From the NCBI GenBank assembly GCA_938048735.1, contig CALIUM010000005.1, positions 5,525 to 69,524 of the forward strand: a DNA stretch of 64,000 nt. Direction: 5' to 3'. Source of the DNA: an uncultured archaeon. GTDB taxonomy: Archaea > Thermoproteota > Bathyarchaeia > TCS64. The notes under the pieces are model-generated. The model saw only the letters and a program-made list of their open reading frames with translations, searched no databases and had not been told where the DNA came from. Each line of letters starts with the position of its first letter. Within the stretch, counting starts at the first letter, position 1. Shown piece after piece: positions 9,452 through 18,758 of the stretch. The position numbers and the translations under genes are program-made.

Positions 9452-10846
9452 TCACTTCCCCCTCTCCACCCTTATGATCATCCTCTCCGCCCTGATCTTG
9501 GCGTTCTTCAGTATTATTTTGAGGCCCATCCCAGCGGGTATTCCTTGAATTGGCACTATCCCCGGTGGAAGCTCTAATGTTGGGGCTGCCACCTCCTTAG
9601 GCGCCTCAGCCTCCACGGGCTTGGCCTCGATCCATCTTTCAACGATGGGATGGCCCCTCTCCTTCAAGAAGCTCCTCAGCCCCTCTAGGTTGGCGACCTC
9701 CTTCTCAGTAGCTATCTTGTCAACTATATCTGTAGGTATGAAATCCTTAACCCTCTCCTTGATCTCGGATGGCATCCAGACGATCCTACTCCAGCCTCCA
9801 TCGGCCTGGAGGAACTTCGGGCTTCTCATATACTCTATTGAGACACCGTGGAAGCCGTCGACCTGCCTACCTCCGGCTGTGAGGTCTGAGAGGGTGACGA
9901 AGTCTAAGCCGTTGACCGTTTGGCCCTTGAAACCCCTGTGTACTAGGCCGAACCCATCGACCTCGGGGATGTAGAAGGCCACCCCCTCGAAGCAGCCGCA
10001 GCTCGTGTGGGGATATCCGAAAGCCGTGTAGAGCTGGACCCTCTGGATCTCCCCGAGAGATTTTACCTGGATCGTCCTGTTAACCCCCTCATACTCCCCC
10101 TTCACCGGGTCTATTAGGGCGCCTTTAGGTATCTCGAAGACCGGCCCCTTGGGGTCGACCTTTGCAGTGGCCCTCCCGTCGAACCAGCTTATCGCTCCGC
10201 AGTTTGCGTACCTCTGAGGTGTGATGACGCAGAGATGTGTTGGGGCGAAGGATTGGCATAGGGTGCAGCCATAGAAGACCTCCACCTCATCGTCGCTCAT
10301 CCCCCTCGCCCTAGCATCCCTCTCCTCGTAGACCCTCATCGCCTTCTCATACCACTCCTTAACCGCTGTGGGATCTGTGATGAAGGTGAACTGTATCTTC
10401 TCTATGAAGGGCATCTCGCTCTTGAAGAGGCGATAGAGGACCTTCCCGATGAGGTTGAAGGTGTTGAGGCCCCTCTCATACGACTTCTTGCTAAGCCTAA
10501 GCTGGATGTCGTATCTCTGGTTTAGGTGCATGAAGCCCTCTATGAAGTTTAGATACTCGTGGATCCTCCTCTCTATAACCCCCTCTAGGTCCTTCTCCAC
10601 CTCCTTTCCCGCCACCTCCACCAGGAGGCCGAAGGGGTTGTTTGTCCCCTGCTTGAGCCCTGGGATGTCGGGCCCGATTATGGTTATCTTCCCATCTTCG
10701 ACCTCATCTAGGCTTCTGGCCTGGACGAGCTCAAACTTGTACTGTTCTCGGGGCCCACCAAGCTCAACCTGCATCTCCCTACCCCTTATCCTCTCCCCCT
10801 CATAGATGATGCTTACGCCTACGGGGATGTCCTCGAACATCGACAT
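9452..10846 (-). CDS. cdhC: acetyl-CoA synthase beta subunit (A-cluster subunit)
   Basis: Conserved A-cluster cysteine motifs (CGAISWFD, SCGCFE), 464 aa. Confidence 0.9.
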   Translation of the reverse strand: MSMFEDIPVGVSIIYEGERIRGREMQVELGGPREQYKFELVQARSLDEVEDGKITIIGPDIPGLKQGTNNPFGLLVEVAGKEVEKDLEGVIERRIHEYLNFIEGFMHLNQRYDIQLRLSKKSYERGLNTFNLIGKVLYRLFKSEMPFIEKIQFTFITDPTAVKEWYEKAMRVYEERDARARGMSDDEVEVFYGCTLCQSFAPTHLCVITPQRYANCGAISWFDGRATAKVDPKGPVFEIPKGALIDPVKGEYEGVNRTIQVKSLGEIQRVQLYTAFGYPHTSCGCFEGVAFYIPEVDGFGLVHRGFKGQTVNGLDFVTLSDLTAGGRQVDGFHGVSIEYMRSPKFLQADGGWSRIVWMPSEIKERVKDFIPTDIVDKIATEKEVANLEGLRSFLKERGHPIVERWIEAKPVEAEAPKEVAAPTLELPPGIVPIQGIPAGMGLKIILKNAKIRAERMIIRVERGK

Positions 10847-11398
10847 CTAGCCCGCCCCCTCCAGGTTAGATACAATTCTATCTAAAATCTCTATCCACTC
10901 CTCCTGCGGTGAGTATCCCAGAGACCAGCCCGCGTTTGGGTGGTAGGTGTTGTCCAGTGAGATGGTTCTGAGGGATGGGGCGAAGTTCTTCAGGCCCGAG
11001 AGGACTAGCCACTCTAGGTAGTATGGTAGGCCCATGAAGACGGCGAGATCATAGGGGCCCCCGTTATCAAGGCCGCTCCAGCTCGGGTCCCTGAGTCTGT
11101 CTCCAAGCTCCATTATGGAGATCCCGTGGACTCCCACGGCTCCCCTCCTTCTGAACTCCCCTGAAATGTGGCCTGTGGCCGCGATGGTTATCCTCTTAGA
11201 ACTGGCCATCCTGATGGCGGTGTCGATCAGGTCTCCGTCCTTCGTCTTGACCTTTATGGCCTCTGAGCCCACCACAAGAAGGATCCTTCTCGCCCTATTC
11301 ATCATCGAGGCGGCGACCTCCGGCTTGGGGATGAGGAATGCCTTCTTAGGGCCTGCTATCTCGGCCGTCTGCCCTGTGGTTAACTTGGCCGACATCAC
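10847..11398 (-). CDS. cdhB: ACDS epsilon subunit
   Basis: 183 aa ORF immediately after cdhA (ATGA overlap). Size and position are typical of CdhB. Confidence 0.75.
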   Translation of the reverse strand: MMSAKLTTGQTAEIAGPKKAFLIPKPEVAASMMNRARRILLVVGSEAIKVKTKDGDLIDTAIRMASSKRITIAATGHISGEFRRRGAVGVHGISIMELGDRLRDPSWSGLDNGGPYDLAVFMGLPYYLEWLVLSGLKNFAPSLRTISLDNTYHPNAGWSLGYSPQEEWIEILDRIVSNLEGAG

Positions 11399-13761
11399 AG
11401 ACGCCTCCTAATGAGCCTCTCTAGTAGGGTTGGATCTGGTGATGCTATCTTCCCTTCCACCCACCCTGCTTTCTCTAGGGCGGCCACCACCTGGTCCCTC
11501 ATTGTGAAGGGTATGTCGGCGTTGCTCCTTACGTAGAGGTGGAGGTCGGGAGGCATCTCTCCGTAATACCGCTGGTAGAGGTCTATGTAGTGGCTTAGCT
11601 TAACCGCCCTTCCCTTGCTGGTGTCGTTGGGGCGCATGGTGAGCTTGGCTACCATCACGATCGCCTCCTCAACAGTCTCGGCTGCGTAGAAGAGGTGCTC
11701 CGGCGCCGGGCCAATATAAACTCTCTCTCCGGTCCTGGCGTCGTAGACCATCCAGTCCTCCTCCCTCTCCCTTCTTCCCAAGAGCATCCTCCTATACTTG
11801 GATCCATGAGGGCCCACAATGACTGGGATCCCGAGCCTCCAGCATCCCGCCGCTATGCTTGCAGCCTTCTGGGACATGGCTCCCCAGGCAACCCCCACAG
11901 CCCCAACCCTGTTGTAGATATAGTCGGCTATCTCCTCATAGTTAGCCCTTAAAGGGCGCTTGGCGAAAATATTGGCTATCTTTATAGCTGCTCCCGTTAT
12001 GTGGGCGTTGGAGATGCAGCTACCAACGTTGACAAGCCCTCCTGCGTCGAAGACCCCTGGGTACTTCTCGTAAAGGCTGAGGCCTTCCTCATCCTTCGTC
12101 ATTCCAATAGCCATCGCCGCGCATCCTGAGGCGACGACTATGAAGCGCCTCTTCAGGAACTCCTCAGCTATCCTAGCGACATCCCCCCCTCCCTCCGGGT
12201 AGTTGGCGCATCCAACAAGGGCCAACACCCCGGGGATCTCCCCGAAGACGATCGCCCTGCCCACCTCTCTTATCTCCACATCCTGGATCGCGCCTCTTCC
12301 AACCCTTATTTTAGACCTCTCTTCCGCGATCTTCTTCGATGCCGCTGCATTGATCATGCTGACTATGGGTAGATCCTCTGGACATGCGCTTTCACAGCGT
12401 CCGCAGCTCACGCAGAGATCATATAGGGATGAGAGAAGGGTGAAGTCTCCATTTCTGGCCAAGCTCATGGCTTCCATGATCGGGAGGTTGTTGGGGCAGG
12501 CTCTAGTACACTCTCCACAATGTCTACATCTCTTAGCCAACTCTCCAGACTCCTCAACTCCTAGAGGCCTCACCCCTTCTCTTCTTGGAGCTATCTTCAT
12601 CGCGACCTTTACAGCGACTTCTCCCACCTTACGGGGATCAAGTATGAGGGCGCCGGGTATCCTCCTCTCTACAAGGTCCTCGACTATTTTGTCGGGCTCA
12701 TCATGAGTTCTATCTGGGAGGCCATGACAGCTCATCTCACTCGTCGCGATTAGAGGAGACCCAATCTTCTTGCACTCTAATAGTACATCTGTCCTCACAC
12801 ATTGTTTATCTATAACCACTACATCGGGGATCCCTGATCTTATGAACCTAAGCTCCCATGATATCGGACCTATGATTCTTGCCCTCTTATTATATCTGGC
12901 CGTATCATGAGCTGTGCAGCATAATCCCCCTACCTCCACCTCTCCAAATAGCCCTTGATCCATTAAGTAATTCACTATCTCGACGCTCGGTAGCACCTCA
13001 TGCCCTATGACGAGTATCATGGGCTTCGAAGTATCTATTGCTCCGAATCCGAGATCCGCCAGTGGCGCCTCAGGCTCTCCCTTGGGAAATCCTAGGACTG
13101 AGATCTGGGCTATGTCGGCTATCTCCATTGCCACGTGGTCCAGCATGCCTACATGAAAGACCTTTGACTCGTAGTCGAGGTTGTTCCCCTCCTGACCGGT
13201 AGCGGTTGATGCTAGAAGTTGGACTATCTGGCTCTCCACATAAGATAGGGCGTCATCCAGGTCTCTCAGGGTTCTTGGCCTAAACCCGCATACGAGGCGG
13301 GTGTGAGGGGCCTCCACATTGGTATTCAGGGCGACATCGAGGGGTGTATCCCTCCCATATTCCTCGATCAGATGGTTGAGCATAGCCCTAGCATGTTCGG
13401 TATGGGCTGAAGCCCCTATGCAGCATGCTAAGAGGACAATCCTAGACTGTTGTCCAGCCATGGTTATGCCGCAGGCTCCCCTCTTATCACCTGTTAGATC
13501 GCATTTACCGAAGGTGCAGAGGCAGCATAGATCACAGAAGGGCATGTAGAAGGGCTTGTACCTGCTGAGCAGCTTAAGGTCCCATTCTCTTAGCGCTGTT
13601 ATATCCGGGAACGGTGTTGGGCCGAGGGGCTCCTCCCACTCCTCGAGGATCCTACCGACCTGTATCTCAACATCCTTGAATACTCCAAGAGTGGATGAGA
13701 ACTCCCCTATCTTCAGGCTGAGGTCTCTCTTGACCAAATCCCCACTCTCTCTAGACTCCAA
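11395..13761 (-). CDS. cdhA: ACDS alpha subunit (Ni-CODH catalytic subunit)
   Basis: 788 aa with the N-terminal Cys cluster MPFCDLCCLCTFGKCDL and ferredoxin-like CxxCxxCxxxCP motifs. The initiation codon is TTG. Confidence 0.9.
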   Translation of the reverse strand: MESRESGDLVKRDLSLKIGEFSSTLGVFKDVEIQVGRILEEWEEPLGPTPFPDITALREWDLKLLSRYKPFYMPFCDLCCLCTFGKCDLTGDKRGACGITMAGQQSRIVLLACCIGASAHTEHARAMLNHLIEEYGRDTPLDVALNTNVEAPHTRLVCGFRPRTLRDLDDALSYVESQIVQLLASTATGQEGNNLDYESKVFHVGMLDHVAMEIADIAQISVLGFPKGEPEAPLADLGFGAIDTSKPMILVIGHEVLPSVEIVNYLMDQGLFGEVEVGGLCCTAHDTARYNKRARIIGPISWELRFIRSGIPDVVVIDKQCVRTDVLLECKKIGSPLIATSEMSCHGLPDRTHDEPDKIVEDLVERRIPGALILDPRKVGEVAVKVAMKIAPRREGVRPLGVEESGELAKRCRHCGECTRACPNNLPIMEAMSLARNGDFTLLSSLYDLCVSCGRCESACPEDLPIVSMINAAASKKIAEERSKIRVGRGAIQDVEIREVGRAIVFGEIPGVLALVGCANYPEGGGDVARIAEEFLKRRFIVVASGCAAMAIGMTKDEEGLSLYEKYPGVFDAGGLVNVGSCISNAHITGAAIKIANIFAKRPLRANYEEIADYIYNRVGAVGVAWGAMSQKAASIAAGCWRLGIPVIVGPHGSKYRRMLLGRREREEDWMVYDARTGERVYIGPAPEHLFYAAETVEEAIVMVAKLTMRPNDTSKGRAVKLSHYIDLYQRYYGEMPPDLHLYVRSNADIPFTMRDQVVAALEKAGWVEGKIASPDPTLLERLIRRRL

Positions 13762-13774
13762 TCTGGTGAAATTT

Positions 13775-13795
13775 CTAGAATTATAAAGTTTTCTG
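13775..13795 (-). promoter_or_regulatory. putative archaeal BRE/TATA promoter of the cdh operon (leaderless transcript)
   Basis: On the minus strand, TTTATAA (13781-13787) is centred ~23 nt upstream of the TTG start at 13761. The region upstream is AT-rich and non-coding. Confidence 0.4.
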
Positions 13796-14060
13796 AAAGA
13801 TCTTAGGGCCTATTGGTCCACTTTCTAAATTGGAATATGTGGAAGTTATCTAACTCCATAACCTTTCTTATCAAAAGATCAGAAAAGCAGACAAGAAAGG
13901 ATATGATAATAGTTTCTACAATGAAAATGACAAAAATGAGCTATGGTTAGAGTTAAAGAATTGAAATCCCTCAAGCCTAACCAGTATACATCCAAACTAT
14001 ATGCTCCGAGATGGTGGTTCAGCATGGCCTTAGTCGTCAAACCGAGGCCTTAACCGCTCC

Positions 14061-14867
14061 TTACCACCATAAGGCCCGATATGGACCGAGGGGGGCTTTA
14101 GGGTTTAGTTTCCACACACCCAGCCGTCTGTTCAAATTTGTGTCAAGTTCATCAATTTTTGCAGCCTTATACTTGGTAACCTCTTTTGACATTACCCTTT
14201 TATCCGTCATGGCGGCTGCTCTAGCATAAATTCCCTCATTCAGAAGATATTTCAAAGCTTTGAAAGGGAGCTCGTAGAATTCCCCAATTGCACCAGTTCT
14301 TTGTGTAAAGCCTTCTGGAGTTGCAGCCTTGAAAGAAACTCTAACATAAATGAAACTCGAAAATTGTGATAGTCTTCTTACATAATCCCTATCTGAGCCG
14401 AGAAGTATACCATTAGTTTCGAGATAAAAAGGATACTTCGTTTTCCCAACATGTTCCAAGACTGAAAGAAGATGCTCCTTTCCTAATGTGGGTTCGCACC
14501 CAGATAATCTAAGCTTTTTCACTTTCCGAATAACCCTTCTCCAATAATCAGAATAAATTATCCCTTCTTCAGCTGCCTTGAAAAGATTTTGAGCAGCCTG
14601 CTTAGGAGAATAGAATTTTCCAAACTTTTCAGGAAAGTCTCCTGACCAGTTTGACCAGCAGTAAATGCACCTTAAACAACAGCCAGCTGCATAGCCTGTT
14701 GCAATCCCTTTATAAACCGGAACAGAATAAAAACCAGTGTATTTCCTTTCAAGCCCTTCATCTCCCTGCCTAGTTACAATCTTCTCAGTCTCCTTTGCTA
14801 GCTCCAATGGGTTGAAAGGCTTAAAACCTCGAGTTAAGAACCTTTGGTATTCATTCATCAAATCCAA
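14061..14867 (-). CDS. radical SAM protein, PflA/NrdG-type activase-like
   Basis: CxxxCxxC motif in context GCCLRCIYCWSNW and a SAM-binding SGCEPTL motif. Codon usage is markedly lower-GC than the flanking genes. Confidence 0.7.
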   Translation of the reverse strand: MDLMNEYQRFLTRGFKPFNPLELAKETEKIVTRQGDEGLERKYTGFYSVPVYKGIATGYAAGCCLRCIYCWSNWSGDFPEKFGKFYSPKQAAQNLFKAAEEGIIYSDYWRRVIRKVKKLRLSGCEPTLGKEHLLSVLEHVGKTKYPFYLETNGILLGSDRDYVRRLSQFSSFIYVRVSFKAATPEGFTQRTGAIGEFYELPFKALKYLLNEGIYARAAAMTDKRVMSKEVTKYKAAKIDELDTNLNRRLGVWKLNPKAPLGPYRALWW

Positions 14868-15286
14868 ATTCCTATTTTTGATGCCCCGCTTTAACTACCT
14901 TTCCCCTCTAACTTATATTTGAGAGATGTTTTAAGAACATGTGGATGAAATAAGGAAGATCGGTTCGACAGACAGAATATGGGCGAGAGCTACTAGACTG
15001 CACGTTGAGATGTCTCATAAAGGCTGGATGAGCGAAGAATCGAAAAATTCGTGAGAGACTCCGAGAAAAATTTAGAATATAATCATCGATTCAGAAAACC
15101 AAGATTTATTTCTTCACATGTTATATGATTAAAGTGTTTTTAAAGAGAGAAGTTTATTTTTCCAATAATATGGGTAAAATTGTTTAATCACAAGTTACTT
15201 ATCTACTTGACTCGATGAAAAGGTGACACGCATACATTATATCAAAAAGGGGCTGGGCCTCAATGCCCAACTACGTTGGTTTAGGC

Positions 15287-16279
15287 TTATTCCCTTAGAT
15301 TGGGGATTATCCTCCCTAAGAGGTTGATGGCCTCCTTAACGTTGGGGCCTAGGGGGGAGCCTGCGACGAACTGGGTGATCCCCTTCCCCCTTAGCTCTTG
15401 GATCTTCTCAACACACCTTCTAGGGGTTCCTGTTATGGAGAAGGATTCTACCATCTCATCGGTGACTTCTCTGAAGGCCTCCTCCCACCTCCTCTCAGCC
15501 AGTTTTGACCTTATCCTCTCAGCCGCCTCTTGTGCTATCCCATGCCTTGAGAGGATCTGGGGGGGGCTCCCTGCAACTATGTATGCCACCACGGGGATCG
15601 CAGCCCTTTGGGCCTTATCTCCATCCTCCGCTATGGAGAAGGAGGTGTAGGCGGCGATATCCAGATCCTCAATCCTCCTCCCAGCTTCCTCGGCCCCTTC
15701 TCTTATGCTCTTTACGGCCGAGGCGACGTCCTCAGGGTGGCAGGCATTTATCAGGATCCCGTCACCTAAGGAGCCAGCTAGGCGTAACATCCTTGGCCCC
15801 TGAGCACCTATGTAGATGGGTATGACGCCCTGAACCCTGAAGCTGAACCTGGCGCTGGGGGAGGCCTTGAAGATGCTTCCGCTATAGCCTTCCTTCGCCC
15901 TTGCAAGCTGTCTCCTTATGAGCTCAACAGCCTCTCTGACCGCGGTCAGAGGCGACTTCTGCTCCACCCCCACCATGTCCAGCGTCGTCTTGTCCCCTGC
16001 CCCTAACCCCAAGACGACCCTGCCTGGAGCTATCTCGCTTAGGGATGCTACGCCTTGAGCTGTCAATACGGGGTGTACGAGGTATGGGTTTGTTACCCCC
16101 GGGCCTAGAGTTATCCTCTCAGTGTAATTGGCTATCGTGCTTAAGATAACATAGACATTCCGGTTGTTGAAGTGGTCAGTTACCCAGATGTTATCGTATC
16201 CCAGCCTCTCCGCCTGGATCGAGTAGTATACCGTCCTCCAGTAGGGCTCCATGGGGACGAACTCTATCCCGAACCTCAT
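15287..16279 (-). CDS. mer: F420-dependent 5,10-methylene-H4MPT reductase (Mer; luciferase-like monooxygenase fold)
   Basis: N-terminus MRFGIEFVP...YYSIQAERLGYDNIWVTDHFNNRNVY..LGPGVTNPY aligns closely with methanogen Mer. Confidence 0.8.
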   Translation of the reverse strand: MRFGIEFVPMEPYWRTVYYSIQAERLGYDNIWVTDHFNNRNVYVILSTIANYTERITLGPGVTNPYLVHPVLTAQGVASLSEIAPGRVVLGLGAGDKTTLDMVGVEQKSPLTAVREAVELIRRQLARAKEGYSGSIFKASPSARFSFRVQGVIPIYIGAQGPRMLRLAGSLGDGILINACHPEDVASAVKSIREGAEEAGRRIEDLDIAAYTSFSIAEDGDKAQRAAIPVVAYIVAGSPPQILSRHGIAQEAAERIRSKLAERRWEEAFREVTDEMVESFSITGTPRRCVEKIQELRGKGITQFVAGSPLGPNVKEAINLLGRIIPNLRE

Positions 16280-16310
16280 TAGAACACCTCATTCTGGGTG
16301 AGGGGCTGGA

Positions 16311-16595
16311 TCACTGGGTGGAGCTGATCCTCTCAGCCAGCTCCCTCAGGCCAAACTCGTTCAGTATCGAGCCTGCCTTCGAGGGTTCCAGCTTATTTAA
16401 GGCCTCTAGGAGGATTGCTATTCCATCCTCGCTTTCAAGCGTATCCTTCTGCCAGTGGAAAAGGATCGACTTTGCTAGAGAGCTTGGGAGCCTCTCCCCC
16501 TCCCTGCTCTCGAGTAGGGCGTCTACGAGCCTCTCTGAGAGCCTCTTATAAATAGATCTTGGAATCCTCTCCACCATACTCCTATAATCCATCAT
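16311..16595 (-). CDS. small hypothetical protein
   Basis: The ORF was trimmed to an internal Met so that it does not overlap coaBC. No recognisable domain. Confidence 0.3.
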   Translation of the reverse strand: MMDYRSMVERIPRSIYKRLSERLVDALLESREGERLPSSLAKSILFHWQKDTLESEDGIAILLEALNKLEPSKAGSILNEFGLRELAERISSTQ

Positions 16596-16605
16596 AGATG
16601 CCTCT

Positions 16606-17892
16606 TCAGTGAATGTGTTCTTCCTCCTTAGAAGCCTTTTGCTTCTCCAGCCTCTCGACGAGCATAGAGACCAGGATTTTAGCAATCTCGTCCTTCCCTG
16701 TGAGGGGGATATGAACAACGTTCCTCTCTCCGTCTATTATGAAGACCTCGTTAGTCTCTTTCCCGAAGCCCACACCTTCCCTGGCAACATCGTTCGCCAC
16801 GATGAGATCCATCCCAGAGGCCTTCAGCCTCTCGTAGGCCCTCTCCACTAGAGCCTCATCGGATACGTTGAACTCCGCCTTAAAGCCTATGAGGAATATA
16901 CCTGGGTCAACCTCCCTGATATGGTCGACTATCTTTGGGAGTGGCTTCAGCTCGATGATCCACCTCCCCTTATCCGAGGGTGTTTTTATCATCTCCCTCC
17001 TCGTGGGTCCGAAGTCAGAGACCGCTGCCGTCAGGATGGCTGCGTCATGTTTCAAATCCTTAAGGGCCTTCACAGTGGCCTCCAGCATCTCATAAGTTGT
17101 CTCGACCCTTACCAGCCGGACCCTGGATGGGGGTTGAGCCGTCCCGGGGCCGTATATGAATGTTACCTCCGCCCCTCTACGCAATGCCTCCTCCGCTATC
17201 GCCACCCCCATCTTCCCAGAGCTTGGGTTGGATACGAACCTGAACGCGTCTATATACTCCCTCGTCGGGCCCGCGGTTACCAGGATCCTCCTACCCTCCA
17301 GCTCCCTAGAAGGCCTGAGCCTCCTCACCACAGCTTCAACGATCTCCTCTGTCTCAGGGATCTTCGCCTTCCCCTCCTCCACCCTAGGCATGAGGACCTC
17401 AACCCCTATAGACCTGAGCTTCTCGATGTTCTCCCTGACCACCGGATGGTTATACATCGATCCATGCATAGCTGGGGCTATTATGATCGGGATGCCCGAG
17501 CCTATCGCAGTGGTTAAAACAGTGGTCACCGGGGTATCATCTATAGCTGAGGCGGCCTTCCCTATCGTATTAGCCGTGCAGGGGGCCACGAGGATGAGGT
17601 CAGCTCTATTGGGATGCTCCCCCGCATATGTTACATGCTCGACCCTCCCCGTGAGCTCTGTGACCACTGGGTTGCCGGTGGCCCACTCCATCATGTAAGG
17701 GTGTAGTATCCTAGTAGCCATGGGTGTCATGACCGTGTAGACCTCGGCCCCCCGGCGCATGAGTTCACGGGCGATATCTGGGCTCCTGACGGCGGCTACG
17801 CTTCCAGTGATGCATAGAACAATTCTTCTCCCTTCCAGCTCTCTCCCCTTTGTCCCTGTGATCCCCTTAGATGTATGCGTTCCGAAAGCCAT
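16606..17892 (-). CDS. coaBC: bifunctional phosphopantothenoylcysteine decarboxylase / phosphopantothenate-cysteine ligase
   Basis: N-terminal flavoprotein domain (ILLCITGSVAA-like, PAMHxxMY) and C-terminal CoaB domain, 428 aa. Confidence 0.85.
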   Translation of the reverse strand: MAFGTHTSKGITGTKGRELEGRRIVLCITGSVAAVRSPDIARELMRRGAEVYTVMTPMATRILHPYMMEWATGNPVVTELTGRVEHVTYAGEHPNRADLILVAPCTANTIGKAASAIDDTPVTTVLTTAIGSGIPIIIAPAMHGSMYNHPVVRENIEKLRSIGVEVLMPRVEEGKAKIPETEEIVEAVVRRLRPSRELEGRRILVTAGPTREYIDAFRFVSNPSSGKMGVAIAEEALRRGAEVTFIYGPGTAQPPSRVRLVRVETTYEMLEATVKALKDLKHDAAILTAAVSDFGPTRREMIKTPSDKGRWIIELKPLPKIVDHIREVDPGIFLIGFKAEFNVSDEALVERAYERLKASGMDLIVANDVAREGVGFGKETNEVFIIDGERNVVHIPLTGKDEIAKILVSMLVERLEKQKASKEEEHIH

Positions 17893-17941
17893 CTAGAGGC
17901 CTCTATTGAGCTGCGTTTTGGGATAAAAAAATCTATTTAGG

Positions 17942-18079
17942 CTATAGGGATTCGGTCCTCTCCTCTAACTCGTCGAGGCGTTCCTCGATCTCATCCAAGC
18001 GTTCCTCTATATCCTCTATCTTCTCCATCAGAACCTTCAACTCTTCCTCAACATCTCTTAATCTGTCCTCGAGGCTCAA
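17942..18079 (-). CDS. small coiled-coil protein (hypothetical, ~28-46 aa)
   Basis: Unannotated small ORF on the minus strand. It translates to MEKIEDIEERLDEIEERLDELEERTESL with a perfectly periodic acidic repeat. It lies between the dCMP deaminase gene and coaBC. Confidence 0.25.
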   Translation of the reverse strand: MSLEDRLRDVEEELKVLMEKIEDIEERLDEIEERLDELEERTESL

Positions 18080-18186
18080 CCTTGATCTCCCTCACCCAAT
18101 CATCCAAGATGGTTTATAAACTTAGCCCCTAAGCTTTGGAATATGGGCTTCGAGTTAAGGCTTTCAGGATGTAAAATTGGGAGGTC

Positions 18187-18702
18187 CTAGGAGGAGCCTC
18201 CCTTCCCCTTCTTAGCCTTCTCAAGCTCCCCGAGATACCAGTTTGTGTCTTCGGCCACCCAGTCCTTCACCTTGAGCCTTAAAGGCCTTCCATCCTCCTT
18301 CAGGATCACCACCTCCTCTATCTCCGAGTTTATTATCTTCCTCCTGCACCTCTGACATGGGATGGCTGAGGTATATCTTCCATCCGCCTCCACCCCGGCT
18401 ATGTAGAGGGTTGCTCCAACCCTATCAGCCCGATTTGAGTTTATTATGGCGTTCTCCTCGGCGTGGACGGCGGGGCAGAGGTCATATGAGCTCTGGGAGG
18501 GCAGATTTAGCTCGTCCTTTATGCATCCAGCCTGATAACAGTTGATCACCCCCTTCGCGGTCCCATTATAACCCGTGCCCACTATCGTGTCGTCCTTCAC
18601 GATCACGGCGCCGATCCTCCTCCTGAGGCAGGTCGAACGGGCTGCAACAGCTAGGGCTATATCGAGAAAGTATCTCGTCTTATCGGGGCGGCTCGTAGGC
18701 AT
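18187..18702 (-). CDS. dCMP deaminase / cytidine-deoxycytidylate deaminase family
   Basis: Zinc-binding motifs HAEENAI and PCQRC, 171 aa. Confidence 0.8.
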   Translation of the reverse strand: MPTSRPDKTRYFLDIALAVAARSTCLRRRIGAVIVKDDTIVGTGYNGTAKGVINCYQAGCIKDELNLPSQSSYDLCPAVHAEENAIINSNRADRVGATLYIAGVEADGRYTSAIPCQRCRRKIINSEIEEVVILKEDGRPLRLKVKDWVAEDTNWYLGELEKAKKGKGGSS

Positions 18703-18758
18703 CGATCATTATATTTCAGCTCTCTATTAAAAAGGGTTACATCGGATATGGATTTTGT

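Noticed and set aside
12203-12706. 167 aa plus-strand ORF inside cdhA (also 8654..9052, 9621..9974, 10449..10805, 7231..7659 and similar)
   Set aside because: These are antisense shadow ORFs within strongly supported cdh genes. GC-rich genes generate long antisense frames, and they carry no domain signals.
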